NCBI GenBank assembly: GCA_038215565.1
Contig: JBBQQU010000004.1
Span: forward strand, 121,478 to 185,477
Direction: 5' to 3'
Origin: Gaiellales bacterium
Lineage (GTDB): Bacteria; Actinomycetota; Thermoleophilia; Gaiellales; Gaiellaceae
DNA length: 64,000 nt
Part shown: piece by piece, positions 39,208 to 48,833 of the stretch
How positions within the stretch are numbered: position 1 is the stretch's first letter
Layout of the letters: each line of letters starts with the position of its first letter
Translations under genes and position numbers: made by a program
The notes under the pieces: generated by a model
What the model was told of the DNA's origin: nothing
Database searches by the model: none
Seen by the model: the letters and a program-made list of their open reading frames with translations, nothing else

Positions 39208-39744
39208 TCAGGTGGGTGGGCGGCCGGCGATCGTCTCGAGCCATCCGGCGCGCCGGAGCACCTCCACCGCGACTTCTCGCACCGACTGCTCGCCGTCAAC
39301 GGTGAGATCGAAAAGAGCGTGCGAAAGCGCGTTGCTGCGAATCTCGTCGGCCCGTCTGAGATGCCACCCCAACGCGCTTCCGACCTCGCGCGCGGAAAGC
39401 CGCTCGGCGATCGTCTCCTTCGACACCTCGAGCTTGTACGTGCAGCACTCCCTGGCGCTCGTTTCCAGGTTGTATGGCTCGAGGTGTCGCGGTCGCTCGA
39501 TCACCCGCGGCAGCAGCAGGCGCTCGATGCCCGCGGCTGCGTAGATCGGCGCGACAGCTGCAAGCGCCTGTTCGGCCACGCGGGTGCCCTGCGGGTCGTC
39601 GTCCGGCTTGGGATGAAAGTACGCGAGCTCCGCGTCGATCATCGCCGCGCCGACCCCGCCCGCGTCAAGCAGCTCAAGGCACTCGAAACCCACCGACGAC
39701 TTACCAGCGCCACAGGGACCTGTGATGACCAACACGTCGCGCAC
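39208..39744 (-). CDS. P-loop NTPase (AAA_33/kinase-like) protein
   Basis: 178 aa with a GTG start and Walker A GPCGAGKS near the N-terminus. Confidence 0.65.
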   Translation of the reverse strand: MRDVLVITGPCGAGKSSVGFECLELLDAGGVGAAMIDAELAYFHPKPDDDPQGTRVAEQALAAVAPIYAAAGIERLLLPRVIERPRHLEPYNLETSARECCTYKLEVSKETIAERLSAREVGSALGWHLRRADEIRSNALSHALFDLTVDGEQSVREVAVEVLRRAGWLETIAGRPPT

Positions 39745-39801
39745 GATTCCGGGTCCTGAACCAGGCTGCAGAGTTTCAGCGCCCGTGGCGCTTCCTCGCC
39801 T

Positions 39802-40626
39802 TCACGGGGTCATCGGCGCGCCGCCACCGTCCATCCCCGAACTCATCGAACCCGTCGGCTGCGTCAATCCGGGAACGCTGCCAGGCGCGGTCGCAACCCA
39901 GATGCCCGCCGCGACGAAGCCGACGGCGAAGACGCGCGTCAGACGCGCGCCGCCTGGGAGAACCTTCTGCGCGAAGATCAGCGAGGCGACAACCACCATC
40001 CAGAGCAGGCTCATGACGCCGAGGGCAAAGAGGACGATCATCAAGCCCCAGCAGCAGCCGACGCAGTAGCCGCCGTGCTCGACGCCCATCCTGACCGCAC
40101 CGATCCGGCCGTCACGCCAGCGGCCGAGCACGAAGTGGAGTGGGCTTCGGCAGTGGTTCAGGCAGACCGACTTGAGTGGCGTGAGCTCGTAGAGGCCGGC
40201 GAGGATGATCGCGCCCCCGGCGACGTACGGGCCGGCGCGATCCCACGCGAGGAACCCCGAGCCGAGGTGGATCACGAGGCGGTACAGGCCGTAGGCGACA
40301 AGCCCGTACGCGGCCCAGACGGCGAGGTAGCCGGCGGCGAACATCCACACCGGGACATAGCCGCGCTCACCGCGTGCGCGCTGGCTCGAGATCCGCCGGA
40401 AGAGCAGCACCATCGGCATCGCCGAGGGCAGCATCATCGCGGCCATCATCGTCACCCACACGCCCACGAACCAGCCGAACGCGCCGAGATCGGTTCCAGG
40501 GCCGCCGTCCATGCCGCGCATCCGCTGGACGGTCACGATCCAGGTCACGAGCGCGACCGCGACGACGACCGTGCCGACCAAGAACGGGTCGCGCCGAATC
40601 AGCCGGCCGCGTTCGAGTGTGCTCAT
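39802..40626 (-). CDS. DUF2182 family integral membrane protein (predicted metal-binding)
   Basis: Start re-set to MSTLERG, with GGGGGAG SD upstream. Met-rich helix WVTMMAAMMLPSAMPMVLLF. CxxC-type motif GGYCVGCCWGLM. Confidence 0.75.
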   Translation of the reverse strand: MSTLERGRLIRRDPFLVGTVVVAVALVTWIVTVQRMRGMDGGPGTDLGAFGWFVGVWVTMMAAMMLPSAMPMVLLFRRISSQRARGERGYVPVWMFAAGYLAVWAAYGLVAYGLYRLVIHLGSGFLAWDRAGPYVAGGAIILAGLYELTPLKSVCLNHCRSPLHFVLGRWRDGRIGAVRMGVEHGGYCVGCCWGLMIVLFALGVMSLLWMVVVASLIFAQKVLPGGARLTRVFAVGFVAAGIWVATAPGSVPGLTQPTGSMSSGMDGGGAPMTP

Positions 40627-40648
40627 CGATCTCCCCCGGCCCGGACCG

Positions 40649-41278
40649 TCAGTTCGACCAGTCGATCGGTGCGTAGTGCGCGTTCTTGCCCGAGTTATCC
40701 CACTGCATGCCGTGGTCCGAGTAGGTGCTCCCGGCATCGCCGACCGCCATCGCAACACCTGCCGGCGCGAACGGATGCGCGTTCGTGGCCCAGATCTCGC
40801 CGTCCGGGTTGATGCTCGGCACCGCCGACACGGCGAGCGACATCACGTCGTCCACGTGGATCGAGCGACGCTTGCCGTCGGCATGCCAGCGAATCGACGC
40901 GCTACGCGCGCCGAGAACCTCACCGATCAACGGAGCGAGATTTGCCATCACGCCGCCTGCGCCGCCCGTGAAGATCGCCTGCAAGCCCGCGCTCTGCTCC
41001 TCGGACGCCTGATCATCGAGATACAGCGCAACCTGCCAGTTCCCGTCGGCCATCGGACCTGGCGTACGCGCGATCAGGCCGACGCTCAGCCCGTCGAGCG
41101 ACACGTCACCGAAGTTCCCCTCGTCGACGTGGAAGCCGAACGCGACCTCGCACGCGCCCTGGGTCGGCACCGACGTCATGGGCTGAAGCGGCGAGAACAG
41201 GCACGGACAGACGATGTCGCAGTTGCAGTTCTCGAAGTACTCACCTTGGACGCGCCAACTCGTCTCGGTGGCAGCCAT
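40649..41278 (-). CDS. DUF1326 family protein
   Basis: Start set to the second ATG (41278), which has GGAGG 6 nt upstream. Cys cluster FENCNCDIVCPCLF. The usual genomic partner of DUF2182. Confidence 0.75.
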   Translation of the reverse strand: MAATETSWRVQGEYFENCNCDIVCPCLFSPLQPMTSVPTQGACEVAFGFHVDEGNFGDVSLDGLSVGLIARTPGPMADGNWQVALYLDDQASEEQSAGLQAIFTGGAGGVMANLAPLIGEVLGARSASIRWHADGKRRSIHVDDVMSLAVSAVPSINPDGEIWATNAHPFAPAGVAMAVGDAGSTYSDHGMQWDNSGKNAHYAPIDWSN

Positions 41279-41337
41279 CCCGACCTCCATTCGCGGTAGA
41301 CGTCGACCCCGAGGCTAGACCACGAGCGGCGCCAAAT

Positions 41338-41964
41338 CTACCCCGCGCGTCGTGCCCGCGTCGCCGGCCCGAGGCCGCCGAGCCCGTGCTCGAGCAGCTC
41401 ATACGCCCGCTCGAGATCGGCCCGCAAGCGCCTCACTGCGGCCGGACCGTGCCTGCCCGCGAGCGCCTGCTTTCGCGCGCCTCGGAACACCTGTCGGTGC
41501 ACGCTGATCAGCAGGCCGGCGGCGATACGTGCGTCGCGCTCGTCGGCGCCGATCTCACGCTGGATCGCATCGGCAAGCACCTGTGCAAAGTGCGCCATCA
41601 CCTCGAGCTCCTTCGCCTGCAGCGCGGGCGACTCCTCGATGATCCGCGCGAAAACGGCAAAGCCAGGGCTGCACAGGCGCGGGCATTCGCCGACCTGGAG
41701 GCGCCGGAGCGCGGCGAGTATCGAATCTCCGGGCGCGCGGCTCGTGATCGCCTCGAGGAGCGCCGCCTCGCGACGCGGGATCTCGTCGAAGAACAGATCT
41801 TCCTTCGTCGGGAAGTAGTTGAAGACGGTCTTCTCCGACACCCCCGACGCAGCTGCGATCTCGGCGACCGTGACATGGTCGAAGCCGCGCACGGCGAAGA
41901 GGCGCATCGCTTCGTCGGCGATCTGCTGGCGCGTGTGCAGCTTCTTCGCTTCGCGCAATCCCAC
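41338..41964 (-). CDS. TetR/AcrR family transcriptional regulator
   Basis: 208 aa. The N-terminal HTH FDHVTVAEIAAASGVSEKTVFNYFPTKEDL is a TetR signature. Confidence 0.9.
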   Translation of the reverse strand: MGLREAKKLHTRQQIADEAMRLFAVRGFDHVTVAEIAAASGVSEKTVFNYFPTKEDLFFDEIPRREAALLEAITSRAPGDSILAALRRLQVGECPRLCSPGFAVFARIIEESPALQAKELEVMAHFAQVLADAIQREIGADERDARIAAGLLISVHRQVFRGARKQALAGRHGPAAVRRLRADLERAYELLEHGLGGLGPATRARRAG

Positions 41965-41987
41965 GGCGGCAGTGTATCCCGATTGTT

Positions 41988-42015
41988 ACAGTTGCAGGAA
42001 TCTTTCTGCGTCTGT
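41988..42015. promoter_or_regulatory. candidate TetR operator (imperfect inverted repeat) in the TetR/MMPL divergent region
   Basis: ACAGTTGCAG (41988-97), an 8-nt spacer, then CTGCGTCTGT (42006-15). The arms are complementary at 8/10 positions. Confidence 0.3.
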
Positions 42016-42052
42016 AAGTTTGCTCGACTCAGCTTCGCCGGAAGGAGATCGC

Positions 42053-44194
42053 ATGCTCGCTCGTCTCGCCCATTTCGTCGCCCGTCATCGCTGGCCCGTG
42101 ATCGGAGTCTGGATCGTCCTCACGCTCTTCGGGGGCTTTGCCGCCGGCCGCGTCTCGAAGCGCTGGTACCAGAGCTTCTCGATCCCCGGGAAGTCTGCCT
42201 ACGAGACGAACCAGCGCACGTTCAAGTCGTTCGGCGTCGGCGTGCGCCCGCCGACAGTCGTGGTCTTCCACACGAGCGGCGATGCGACGAAGAGCACCGC
42301 GATCCAGGCGGCGATGGGCCGGGCGGTAGCGGCGAACCCTGGTGCCTTGACGAGCTCGTACTTCTCGACCCGGCACAACCCCGCGTACGTCTCGCAGGAC
42401 CGTCACACGGCATTCCAGGAGATCTATCCGGCTGGGTTCGCGAAGTTCGACACGAAGAGCGGTGCAGCGCGCACACGCGCCGCGGCTGCGCAGGGACTTC
42501 CGGCCGGGACGACCGTCGAGGTCACCGGCCATGATCCGCTCGAAGAGGCGAGCACGCACGGCTCGAGCGGCGGCCCGAGCGTTCTGCTCGAGGGCGTGAT
42601 CGGAGGGATCGGCGCGCTCGTGATTCTGCTCTTCGTCTTCGGCACGCTCCCAGCGGTACTGATGCCGATCGCGGTCGCGATCGCCGCGATCCTCAACACG
42701 TTCACGTTGATCTGGGGCCTCACCTACATCACGAACGTGTCGATCATCGTGCAGTTCCTGATCGCACTGGTGGGACTCGGCGTGGCGATCGACTACGCCC
42801 TGCTGATGATCTTCCGCTTCCGCGACGAGCTGCGGGAGGGCGAGGACGTCGAGACGGCGCTCGTCGAGACGATGACGCACGCGGGTCGCTCGGTGATCGT
42901 GTCGGGCTCGACCGTCGCGGTCGGGCTGCTCTCGCTGGTCATCCTGCCGCTGCCGTTCATCCGCTCGATGGGCATCGGCGGCATGCTGATCCCCGCGGTC
43001 TCCGTGATCGCCGCGATCACCCTGCTGCCCGCACTGCTCGCCGTGCTCGGCGAGAACATCAACAGCATCCGGGTGATGCCGAAGCGCTTCGTGGACAGCG
43101 GCCATCCGGAGGACGGCATGTGGGGCCGCTGGGCGCGCCTCGTTTTGCGGCGCCCTTGGCCGGTGGCGATTGCCGGCATCGTGATCGTCGCCGTCCTCGC
43201 GGGCATCGGCACGCAGTTGAACCCGAACGAGTCGCAGCTGAAGAACTTCCCCGGAACCGGCAGCGCGATCGCCGGCCGGCAGATGCTCGCCGACGCGCAC
43301 ATCAGCCCCGGCGTGATGAAGCCGTTCGACGTACTCGTCGAGAACGGGGGCGATCCAAACGCGGTCGCCGCGAAGGTTGCCAAGGTTGCCGGTGTCACCG
43401 GTGCGGCGGTGCCCGCCGGGTGGCAGAAGGGCTCCGACTCGATCGTCGAGGCGTTCCCGGTCATCGACGGTGCCGCACCGGGCATCCAGGGCATCGTCGA
43501 CCGCGTCAACGAGTCACTTCAGGGGACGCCCGGGACACTCGGTGGCCCCTCGGCAGTCGATCGTGACTTCGTCCATGCCATCTACGGCAACTTCCCCTAC
43601 GTGCTTGCGTTCGTGCTCATTCTCACCCTCGTCCTGCTGGCGCGAGCGTTCCGCTCGATCGTGCTGCCGATCAAGGCGGCGATTCTCAACCTCGTCTCGC
43701 TCGCAGCCGCGTTCGGCATCGTCGTCTTCGTGTTCCAGGAGGGCCACGGCTCCTCGCTCTGGAACATCACGGCGACCCAGTCGATCACCGCATGGATCCC
43801 GCTGATGATCTTCGCGTTCCTCTTCGGTCTCTCGATGGACTACGAGGTCTTCATGCTCACGCGGATGCGCGAGGCCTACGACGAGACGGGATCGACCGAG
43901 CGGGCGATCGAGCTCGGGCTCGCTCGCACAGGCAAGCTCGTGACGAGCGCGGCGCTGATCCTCATGTTCGCGTTCCTCGTGCTCTCCGCGAGCCCGGGCT
44001 TCGAGATCAAGGAGTTCGCGATCGGACTCGCGGCGGGAATCATCTTCGATGCGACGGTGATTCGCGCGCTGCTCGTCCCGTCGCTGATGCGCCTGCTCGG
44101 CCCCGCGAACTGGTGGATGCCCGACTGGACGCGGACGGTGCTCTTCCTCGGCCCGCGTGAGGAGACGCCGGAGGTCGCGCCCGAGAGCGCGTGA
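42053..44194 (+). CDS. MMPL family (RND superfamily) transporter
   Basis: Start re-set to MLARLAHFVARHRWPV, with GGAAGGAG 5 nt upstream. 713 aa with two 6-TM bundles. Motif DYALLMIFRFREEL-like (DYALLMIFRFRDEL). Confidence 0.9.
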   Translation: MLARLAHFVARHRWPVIGVWIVLTLFGGFAAGRVSKRWYQSFSIPGKSAYETNQRTFKSFGVGVRPPTVVVFHTSGDATKSTAIQAAMGRAVAANPGALTSSYFSTRHNPAYVSQDRHTAFQEIYPAGFAKFDTKSGAARTRAAAAQGLPAGTTVEVTGHDPLEEASTHGSSGGPSVLLEGVIGGIGALVILLFVFGTLPAVLMPIAVAIAAILNTFTLIWGLTYITNVSIIVQFLIALVGLGVAIDYALLMIFRFRDELREGEDVETALVETMTHAGRSVIVSGSTVAVGLLSLVILPLPFIRSMGIGGMLIPAVSVIAAITLLPALLAVLGENINSIRVMPKRFVDSGHPEDGMWGRWARLVLRRPWPVAIAGIVIVAVLAGIGTQLNPNESQLKNFPGTGSAIAGRQMLADAHISPGVMKPFDVLVENGGDPNAVAAKVAKVAGVTGAAVPAGWQKGSDSIVEAFPVIDGAAPGIQGIVDRVNESLQGTPGTLGGPSAVDRDFVHAIYGNFPYVLAFVLILTLVLLARAFRSIVLPIKAAILNLVSLAAAFGIVVFVFQEGHGSSLWNITATQSITAWIPLMIFAFLFGLSMDYEVFMLTRMREAYDETGSTERAIELGLARTGKLVTSAALILMFAFLVLSASPGFEIKEFAIGLAAGIIFDATVIRALLVPSLMRLLGPANWWMPDWTRTVLFLGPREETPEVAPESA

Positions 44195-44206
44195 CCTTCG
44201 GCCCGG

Positions 44207-44878
44207 TCAGGGCCGGGTGAGGACGAACCAACCGGTGACCGCCTCGTAGGCGGGCGGGGCGAGGCCCAGCACACGCTGCCGCTCGTCGCCCTCGCAGCCG
44301 GCGAGATCGAGATACGCGTGCAGGTCGCGCGGCTCGCGCGTGACGATCTCGCGCCGTAGGACAAGATTGTTCGAATCGAAGAGGCCACGCAGGTCGGCAT
44401 CGGAGAGCAGGCGCGAGGTCGTCGGATCGCGTGCTTGCTCGAACCGGGTGAGGTCGAGTGCCGCGAGCGGATCTGCGGGTGCGAGCTGGTCGGCGACCAG
44501 GATCGTCCCGCCCGGGCGCGTCACGCGCACGAGCTCAGCGACGAGGAGCTCCGGACGACGGGTGTGGTGCAGCGTCCGCACCGTGCACGCAAGGTCGAAC
44601 GAGAACGGGTCGACGTCCAGATGCTCACCGTCTCCGACGACCACCTCGACGTTCGGCGGCGCCGTTGCACGCGCGCGATCGGCGAGTTCCTCGTCGATCT
44701 CCACCGCAACCACCGCGTGGACACGCGGCGCGAGCGCGAACGCGAGCGCGCCCGCCCCTGCGCCAACGTCGAGCACGCGCTCATCGCCCGTCAGGGTCAG
44801 AAGATCGTCGAGGAGGTCGGAGAGCGCGGCGGCGCGCCCGGCCTGCAGCGCAGCACGCCGCTCGACGCGATCGCTCAT
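44207..44878 (-). CDS. class I SAM-dependent methyltransferase
   Basis: 223 aa. Motif I is VLDVGAGAGALA. Coupled to alr by an ATGA overlap. Confidence 0.8.
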   Translation of the reverse strand: MSDRVERRAALQAGRAAALSDLLDDLLTLTGDERVLDVGAGAGALAFALAPRVHAVVAVEIDEELADRARATAPPNVEVVVGDGEHLDVDPFSFDLACTVRTLHHTRRPELLVAELVRVTRPGGTILVADQLAPADPLAALDLTRFEQARDPTTSRLLSDADLRGLFDSNNLVLRREIVTREPRDLHAYLDLAGCEGDERQRVLGLAPPAYEAVTGWFVLTRP

Positions 44879-45891
44879 GCGTCGATCACCACGCGGGTCG
44901 CACGCGCCGTTGAAGATTCAATGCCACACGCGAGTTCATACGTGATCGTGGCGGCATGTGCGGCATGGGCTTCGAGCGGAAGGGCACGCCCGACGATTGT
45001 CACGGGCGTTCCGGGCGCGCGCTCGCCGGCGAGCTCGACCGCGAGAGCGTCCATCGAAACCGTGCCGACGACCGTACAACGCTCCTCGCCGACGAGAAGT
45101 TCCGTTCCCGAGAGGCTGCGCCGGAAGCCGTCGGCATACCCGACCGGGACGATGCCGACCCACGTGTCGCGGCCGGCGACGAAACGGCGTCCGTATCCGG
45201 TCGACTCTCCCGCGCGCACGAGGCGCGCTTGAGCGATCTCACTCGTCCACGCGAGCACCGGTTCGAGGCCGTCGGCCGAGGCATCCGTCCCGAACGGCGA
45301 AAGCCCGTAGATCGCGATCCCGCAACGCGCGGCGTCGAAGCGGGACTCGGGCAGACGCAGGGCGGCGGCGCTGTTCGCCGCGTGCCGGGTCAGGTGCGAC
45401 CACTGCTCGGTCGCGATCCGAAAGCGCTCGACCTGGATGCGAGCGAAGTCGAGATCCATGTCGGCAGTCGCGAGGTGCGTCATCACTCCGACGACGTTGC
45501 TGCCGGGGGCGGCGAGCTCCGACAGGCCCCAGCGGCCCATGCCGGTGTCGAGCTTCACATGCACGGCGACCTCCGCCGGAATCGACTCGCGACCGGCAAC
45601 CAGCTCGAGCCGTGCCTCACGAGCCAGCGCAACCTCGGCGTCCTGGGACGGGCCGAGGACGAGGATGCGGCATTCGGGCAGCGCGGCACGCAACTCGAGC
45701 GCTTCCCCGACCGTCGCGACGCACAGGGCCGTCGCTCCGCCGACGAGAGCGGCCCCGGCGCAGTCGACCGCCCCATGGCCGTAGCCATTCCCCTTCACAA
45801 CCGCCCAGAGCTCCGCACCGTCGAGCGTCCGCACGAGCGCGCTCACGTTACGCCGCAGCGCGCCGAGGTCGATCGAGATCTGCGAGCGCAT
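44875..45891 (-). CDS. alr: alanine racemase
   Basis: Start re-set to MRSQISIDLGALRRNV. PLP-Lys context AVVKGNGYGHG. The ORF track adds 149 Arg-rich residues upstream, which lie inside nnr. Confidence 0.92.
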   Translation of the reverse strand: MRSQISIDLGALRRNVSALVRTLDGAELWAVVKGNGYGHGAVDCAGAALVGGATALCVATVGEALELRAALPECRILVLGPSQDAEVALAREARLELVAGRESIPAEVAVHVKLDTGMGRWGLSELAAPGSNVVGVMTHLATADMDLDFARIQVERFRIATEQWSHLTRHAANSAAALRLPESRFDAARCGIAIYGLSPFGTDASADGLEPVLAWTSEIAQARLVRAGESTGYGRRFVAGRDTWVGIVPVGYADGFRRSLSGTELLVGEERCTVVGTVSMDALAVELAGERAPGTPVTIVGRALPLEAHAAHAATITYELACGIESSTARATRVVIDA

Positions 45892-47294
45892 TACTGGAGC
45901 GGCGCGCGCTGCAGGCCGTGACCCGCGAGTGCACGTCGAAGCTCGGGGAGGAGATCGGAGGCGATCGCACCGGGCTGCGGGTCGATCAGCTCGGCGGCGA
46001 CCCCGTGCGCGACGGCGGCGGCGGCGGCGGCAAAGCGCGCCTCGAGGCCCTTGGCGAGAAATGCGGCGACGATGCCGGTGAGGACGTCGCCGGATCCAGC
46101 CGTCGCGAGGGCGGGCGTGCCATAGGTCGCGACGAGCACACCTTCGCGCGGCGCTGCCACGAGTGTGTCGGCTCCCTTGAGCAGGATGACGGAGCCGAAG
46201 CGCGCGGTCGCCCGGCGAACTGCATCGAGGCGATGCGCATCGACCTCCCGCGCCTCGATCCCGAGCAGGCCGGCAAGCTCGCCCGAGTGCGGCGTCAACA
46301 CCGTCGGTGCCTTGCGCGCGAACGGCTGAAGCCCCCACAGCGCGTCGGCATCGAGCACGACCGGCAGGTCGAGCTGCTCGAGCAGCAGGCGCACGAGCCC
46401 GACCGTCCCCTCGCTCCTTCCGAGGCCCGGCCCGATCGCGACCACGTCGGCTTTCTCGGCCGCCTCGAGGATCAGCTCGAGCGAGCGCGGCAGCAACCGT
46501 CCCGATGAGTCCTCTGGCAGCGGCCGCTTGACGACCTCGAGGAGCGCGGTCTCGAACACCGGCAACGTCGACTCCGGTGCAGCAAGCGCGACATAGCCCG
46601 CGTCGGCCCGAAAGGCGGCGAGCGCGGCGAGCATCGGCGCACCGGTGAGGCCGCGAGACCCGCCGACGATCAGCACGGATCCCGCGCTGTACTTCGTGGA
46701 GCCCGCATGCTTGCGCGGGACCTCGAGCAGCGCGGACGCGGGCACGAGCGCGTGCTCATGCTCACGCGGGCGAAGCCCGATCGGCGCGATCTGGACGCGA
46801 CCCGCATGCACGAGGCCCGGTGCGATCGCGAGCCCGACCTTCGGCGCGCCGAACGTCACCGTCGCTGCAGCGTGCACCGCAGCGCCCGGCACTTCGCCCG
46901 TCGACGCGTTCACGCCAGAGGGGACGTCGACCGAGACGATCGGCCGGCCGCTCGCGTTCATCAGCTCGATCATGCGCGCGGCATCCTCCCGCGGCGCGTC
47001 GTTGAGCCCGATCCCGAGCAGCGCGTCGACGATCACATCCGGCTCGCCGAGATCGCCCACGCCGTCGACGACGAGCACGTCACGACCCGCGTCCTGCAGC
47101 CGGCGGGCGCACACGCGTCCATCGCCGCCGTTGTTGCCGCCGCCACAGACCACGGTGACGCGCCCCGGAAACTGGCGCAGCACGTGCTCCGCCACGGCCG
47201 AACCGGCGCGCTCCATCAACTCCTCCAGCGAGCCCTGGTGGGCCTCTTCGGCCCGGCGTGTCTCGTCGGCGGTGAGGAGCGGCTGCAGCCTCAC
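45891..47294 (-). CDS. nnr: bifunctional NAD(P)H-hydrate epimerase / ADP-dependent dehydratase (YjeF/Nnr)
   Basis: 467 aa. N-terminal domain motif VCGGGNNGGDG. C-terminal carbohydrate-kinase-like motif GSGDVLTG. Confidence 0.9.
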   Translation of the reverse strand: MRLQPLLTADETRRAEEAHQGSLEELMERAGSAVAEHVLRQFPGRVTVVCGGGNNGGDGRVCARRLQDAGRDVLVVDGVGDLGEPDVIVDALLGIGLNDAPREDAARMIELMNASGRPIVSVDVPSGVNASTGEVPGAAVHAAATVTFGAPKVGLAIAPGLVHAGRVQIAPIGLRPREHEHALVPASALLEVPRKHAGSTKYSAGSVLIVGGSRGLTGAPMLAALAAFRADAGYVALAAPESTLPVFETALLEVVKRPLPEDSSGRLLPRSLELILEAAEKADVVAIGPGLGRSEGTVGLVRLLLEQLDLPVVLDADALWGLQPFARKAPTVLTPHSGELAGLLGIEAREVDAHRLDAVRRATARFGSVILLKGADTLVAAPREGVLVATYGTPALATAGSGDVLTGIVAAFLAKGLEARFAAAAAAVAHGVAAELIDPQPGAIASDLLPELRRALAGHGLQRAPLQ

Positions 47295-47659
47295 TGCCCT
47301 GCCTCCATCACGACCGCAACCGCGGCGGCGAGCTCACGCGAGTGGGTCATCGAGAGCTCGATCTTGCCGGCCCCGACCTTCGCCGCCCATGCCGCCGTGC
47401 GGCCCGTCAGGAACACTCCCGGCTTTGGCCGGCCGCGGATCTCGATCTCCTTCCACGTGAAGTAGACGCCGGAGCCGAGCGCCTTCCCGACCGCTTCCTT
47501 CGCGGCGAAACGCCCCGCATAGTGCTGCGGCGGGTTTGGCTTCGAGTCGCAGTACGCACGCTCCGCCTCGGTGAAACACCGTTCGCGGAAGCCGTCGCCG
47601 TGTCGCGCGAGGGCGCGGCGAATCCGCTCGATCTCGATCAGGTCGACGCCGACGCGCAC
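47291..47659 (-). CDS. acpS: holo-[acyl-carrier-protein] synthase
   Basis: 122 aa. MRVGVDLIEIERI...FAAKEAVGKALG is the AcpS signature. Confidence 0.92.
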   Translation of the reverse strand: MRVGVDLIEIERIRRALARHGDGFRERCFTEAERAYCDSKPNPPQHYAGRFAAKEAVGKALGSGVYFTWKEIEIRGRPKPGVFLTGRTAAWAAKVGAGKIELSMTHSRELAAAVAVVMEAGQ

Positions 47660-47674
47660 GGGCGGCCCTCGCGC

Positions 47675-48451
47675 CTACAGGTTCGCTTCGAGCCAGTCGG
47701 GAATCTGCGCGATCGACGAGACGATCGCGTCGGGCTGCACCTGCGACCGCTCGACCTCGTCGGGACGGAACTTCCCGGTGCGCACGAGAATCGTCTTCAT
47801 GCCATGGCGATGCGCTCCGAGGCAATCGCTCTGGAGGTCGTCGCCGATCATCCACGTCAGCTCGGCCTCGGCATCGAGCGCCTCGAGGGCAGCCGTGAAG
47901 TACGCGGCGCTCGGCTTGCCGAGCACGGTCGCCTCGGTGTCCGCGGCGTACTCGAGCCCCGCCACGAACGCACCCGCATCGAGCCTCGGCCCGTCCGCGG
48001 TCTGCCACCAGCGATTCTTGTGCAGGCAGTACAGGGCGGCTCCGGCGTCGAGCTCGTGAAACGCCCGATTCAGGTTCAGGTAGGAAAAGATGCGGCCGGT
48101 CTCCTCGCCCTCGTCGGCGCCACCGATGAGCACGGCGTCGACATTCATGCCGACGAGCTGCAGGCCTTCGAGATCGTCGAGGAGGCCCGGCATGGTCAGC
48201 GCGAGCACGCGCTTGCCTTTGAGCGCACGCGACGCGACGACGCCGGTCGTCTGCAGCTCGTCGTCGTCGACCTCGATGCGCATCTCGCGAAGGCCGGCCA
48301 CGACCTGGCTCCGCGAGCGCGTTGTGGTGTTCGTCACGAAGCGCAGCCGGTGCCCCGCATCGCGCAAACGCTTCACCGCAGCCGCTGCGCCGGCGATCGG
48401 AGCCCCCGAAACGTGCAGCACACCGTCCACGTCGACGAGAATCGCAGCCAT
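47675..48451 (-). CDS. HAD-IIA family hydrolase (NagD-like)
   Basis: Start re-set to MAAILVDVDGVL (DxDG motif I). Also FVTNTT (motif II) and GDDLQSD (motif IV). Confidence 0.82.
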   Translation of the reverse strand: MAAILVDVDGVLHVSGAPIAGAAAAVKRLRDAGHRLRFVTNTTTRSRSQVVAGLREMRIEVDDDELQTTGVVASRALKGKRVLALTMPGLLDDLEGLQLVGMNVDAVLIGGADEGEETGRIFSYLNLNRAFHELDAGAALYCLHKNRWWQTADGPRLDAGAFVAGLEYAADTEATVLGKPSAAYFTAALEALDAEAELTWMIGDDLQSDCLGAHRHGMKTILVRTGKFRPDEVERSQVQPDAIVSSIAQIPDWLEANL

Positions 48452-48833
48452 GGATGTCGAGTCTATTCGGTCCGAGATCGCATTCCGGTTCTCGCGGTCG
48501 AGCGGGCCGGGTGGCCAGCACGCGAACAAGACCTCGACGCGGGCCGAGGCGATCTTCGACGTCGAGCAGTCACTCGGCCTCACCGAGGCCGAGCGCGGGC
48601 GCGTGCTCGCAAAGATCGGGCCGGTCGTGCGCGCGGTCGCGCAGGACGAGCGCTCGCAGCTTCGTAACCGCGAGCTCGCCGCCGAGCGGATTCTCGAACA
48701 GCTCCGCGAGGCGACGAAGGTCCGGCGCAAGCGCACGGCGACGAGGCCGACTCGCGCGGCAAAAGAGCGCCGGCTCGACGACAAGAAGCGGCGCGGCGAG
48801 ACGAAACGCCTGCGGCGCGACGTCGACGACTAG
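48450..48833 (+). CDS. arfB: alternative ribosome-rescue factor ArfB (peptidyl-tRNA hydrolase, RF-1 domain)
   Basis: 127 aa. GGQ motif SSGPGGQHANKT and a basic C-terminal tail KRRGETKRLRR. No other start codon lies in the 40 codons upstream. Confidence 0.88.
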   Translation: MDVESIRSEIAFRFSRSSGPGGQHANKTSTRAEAIFDVEQSLGLTEAERGRVLAKIGPVVRAVAQDERSQLRNRELAAERILEQLREATKVRRKRTATRPTRAAKERRLDDKKRRGETKRLRRDVDD

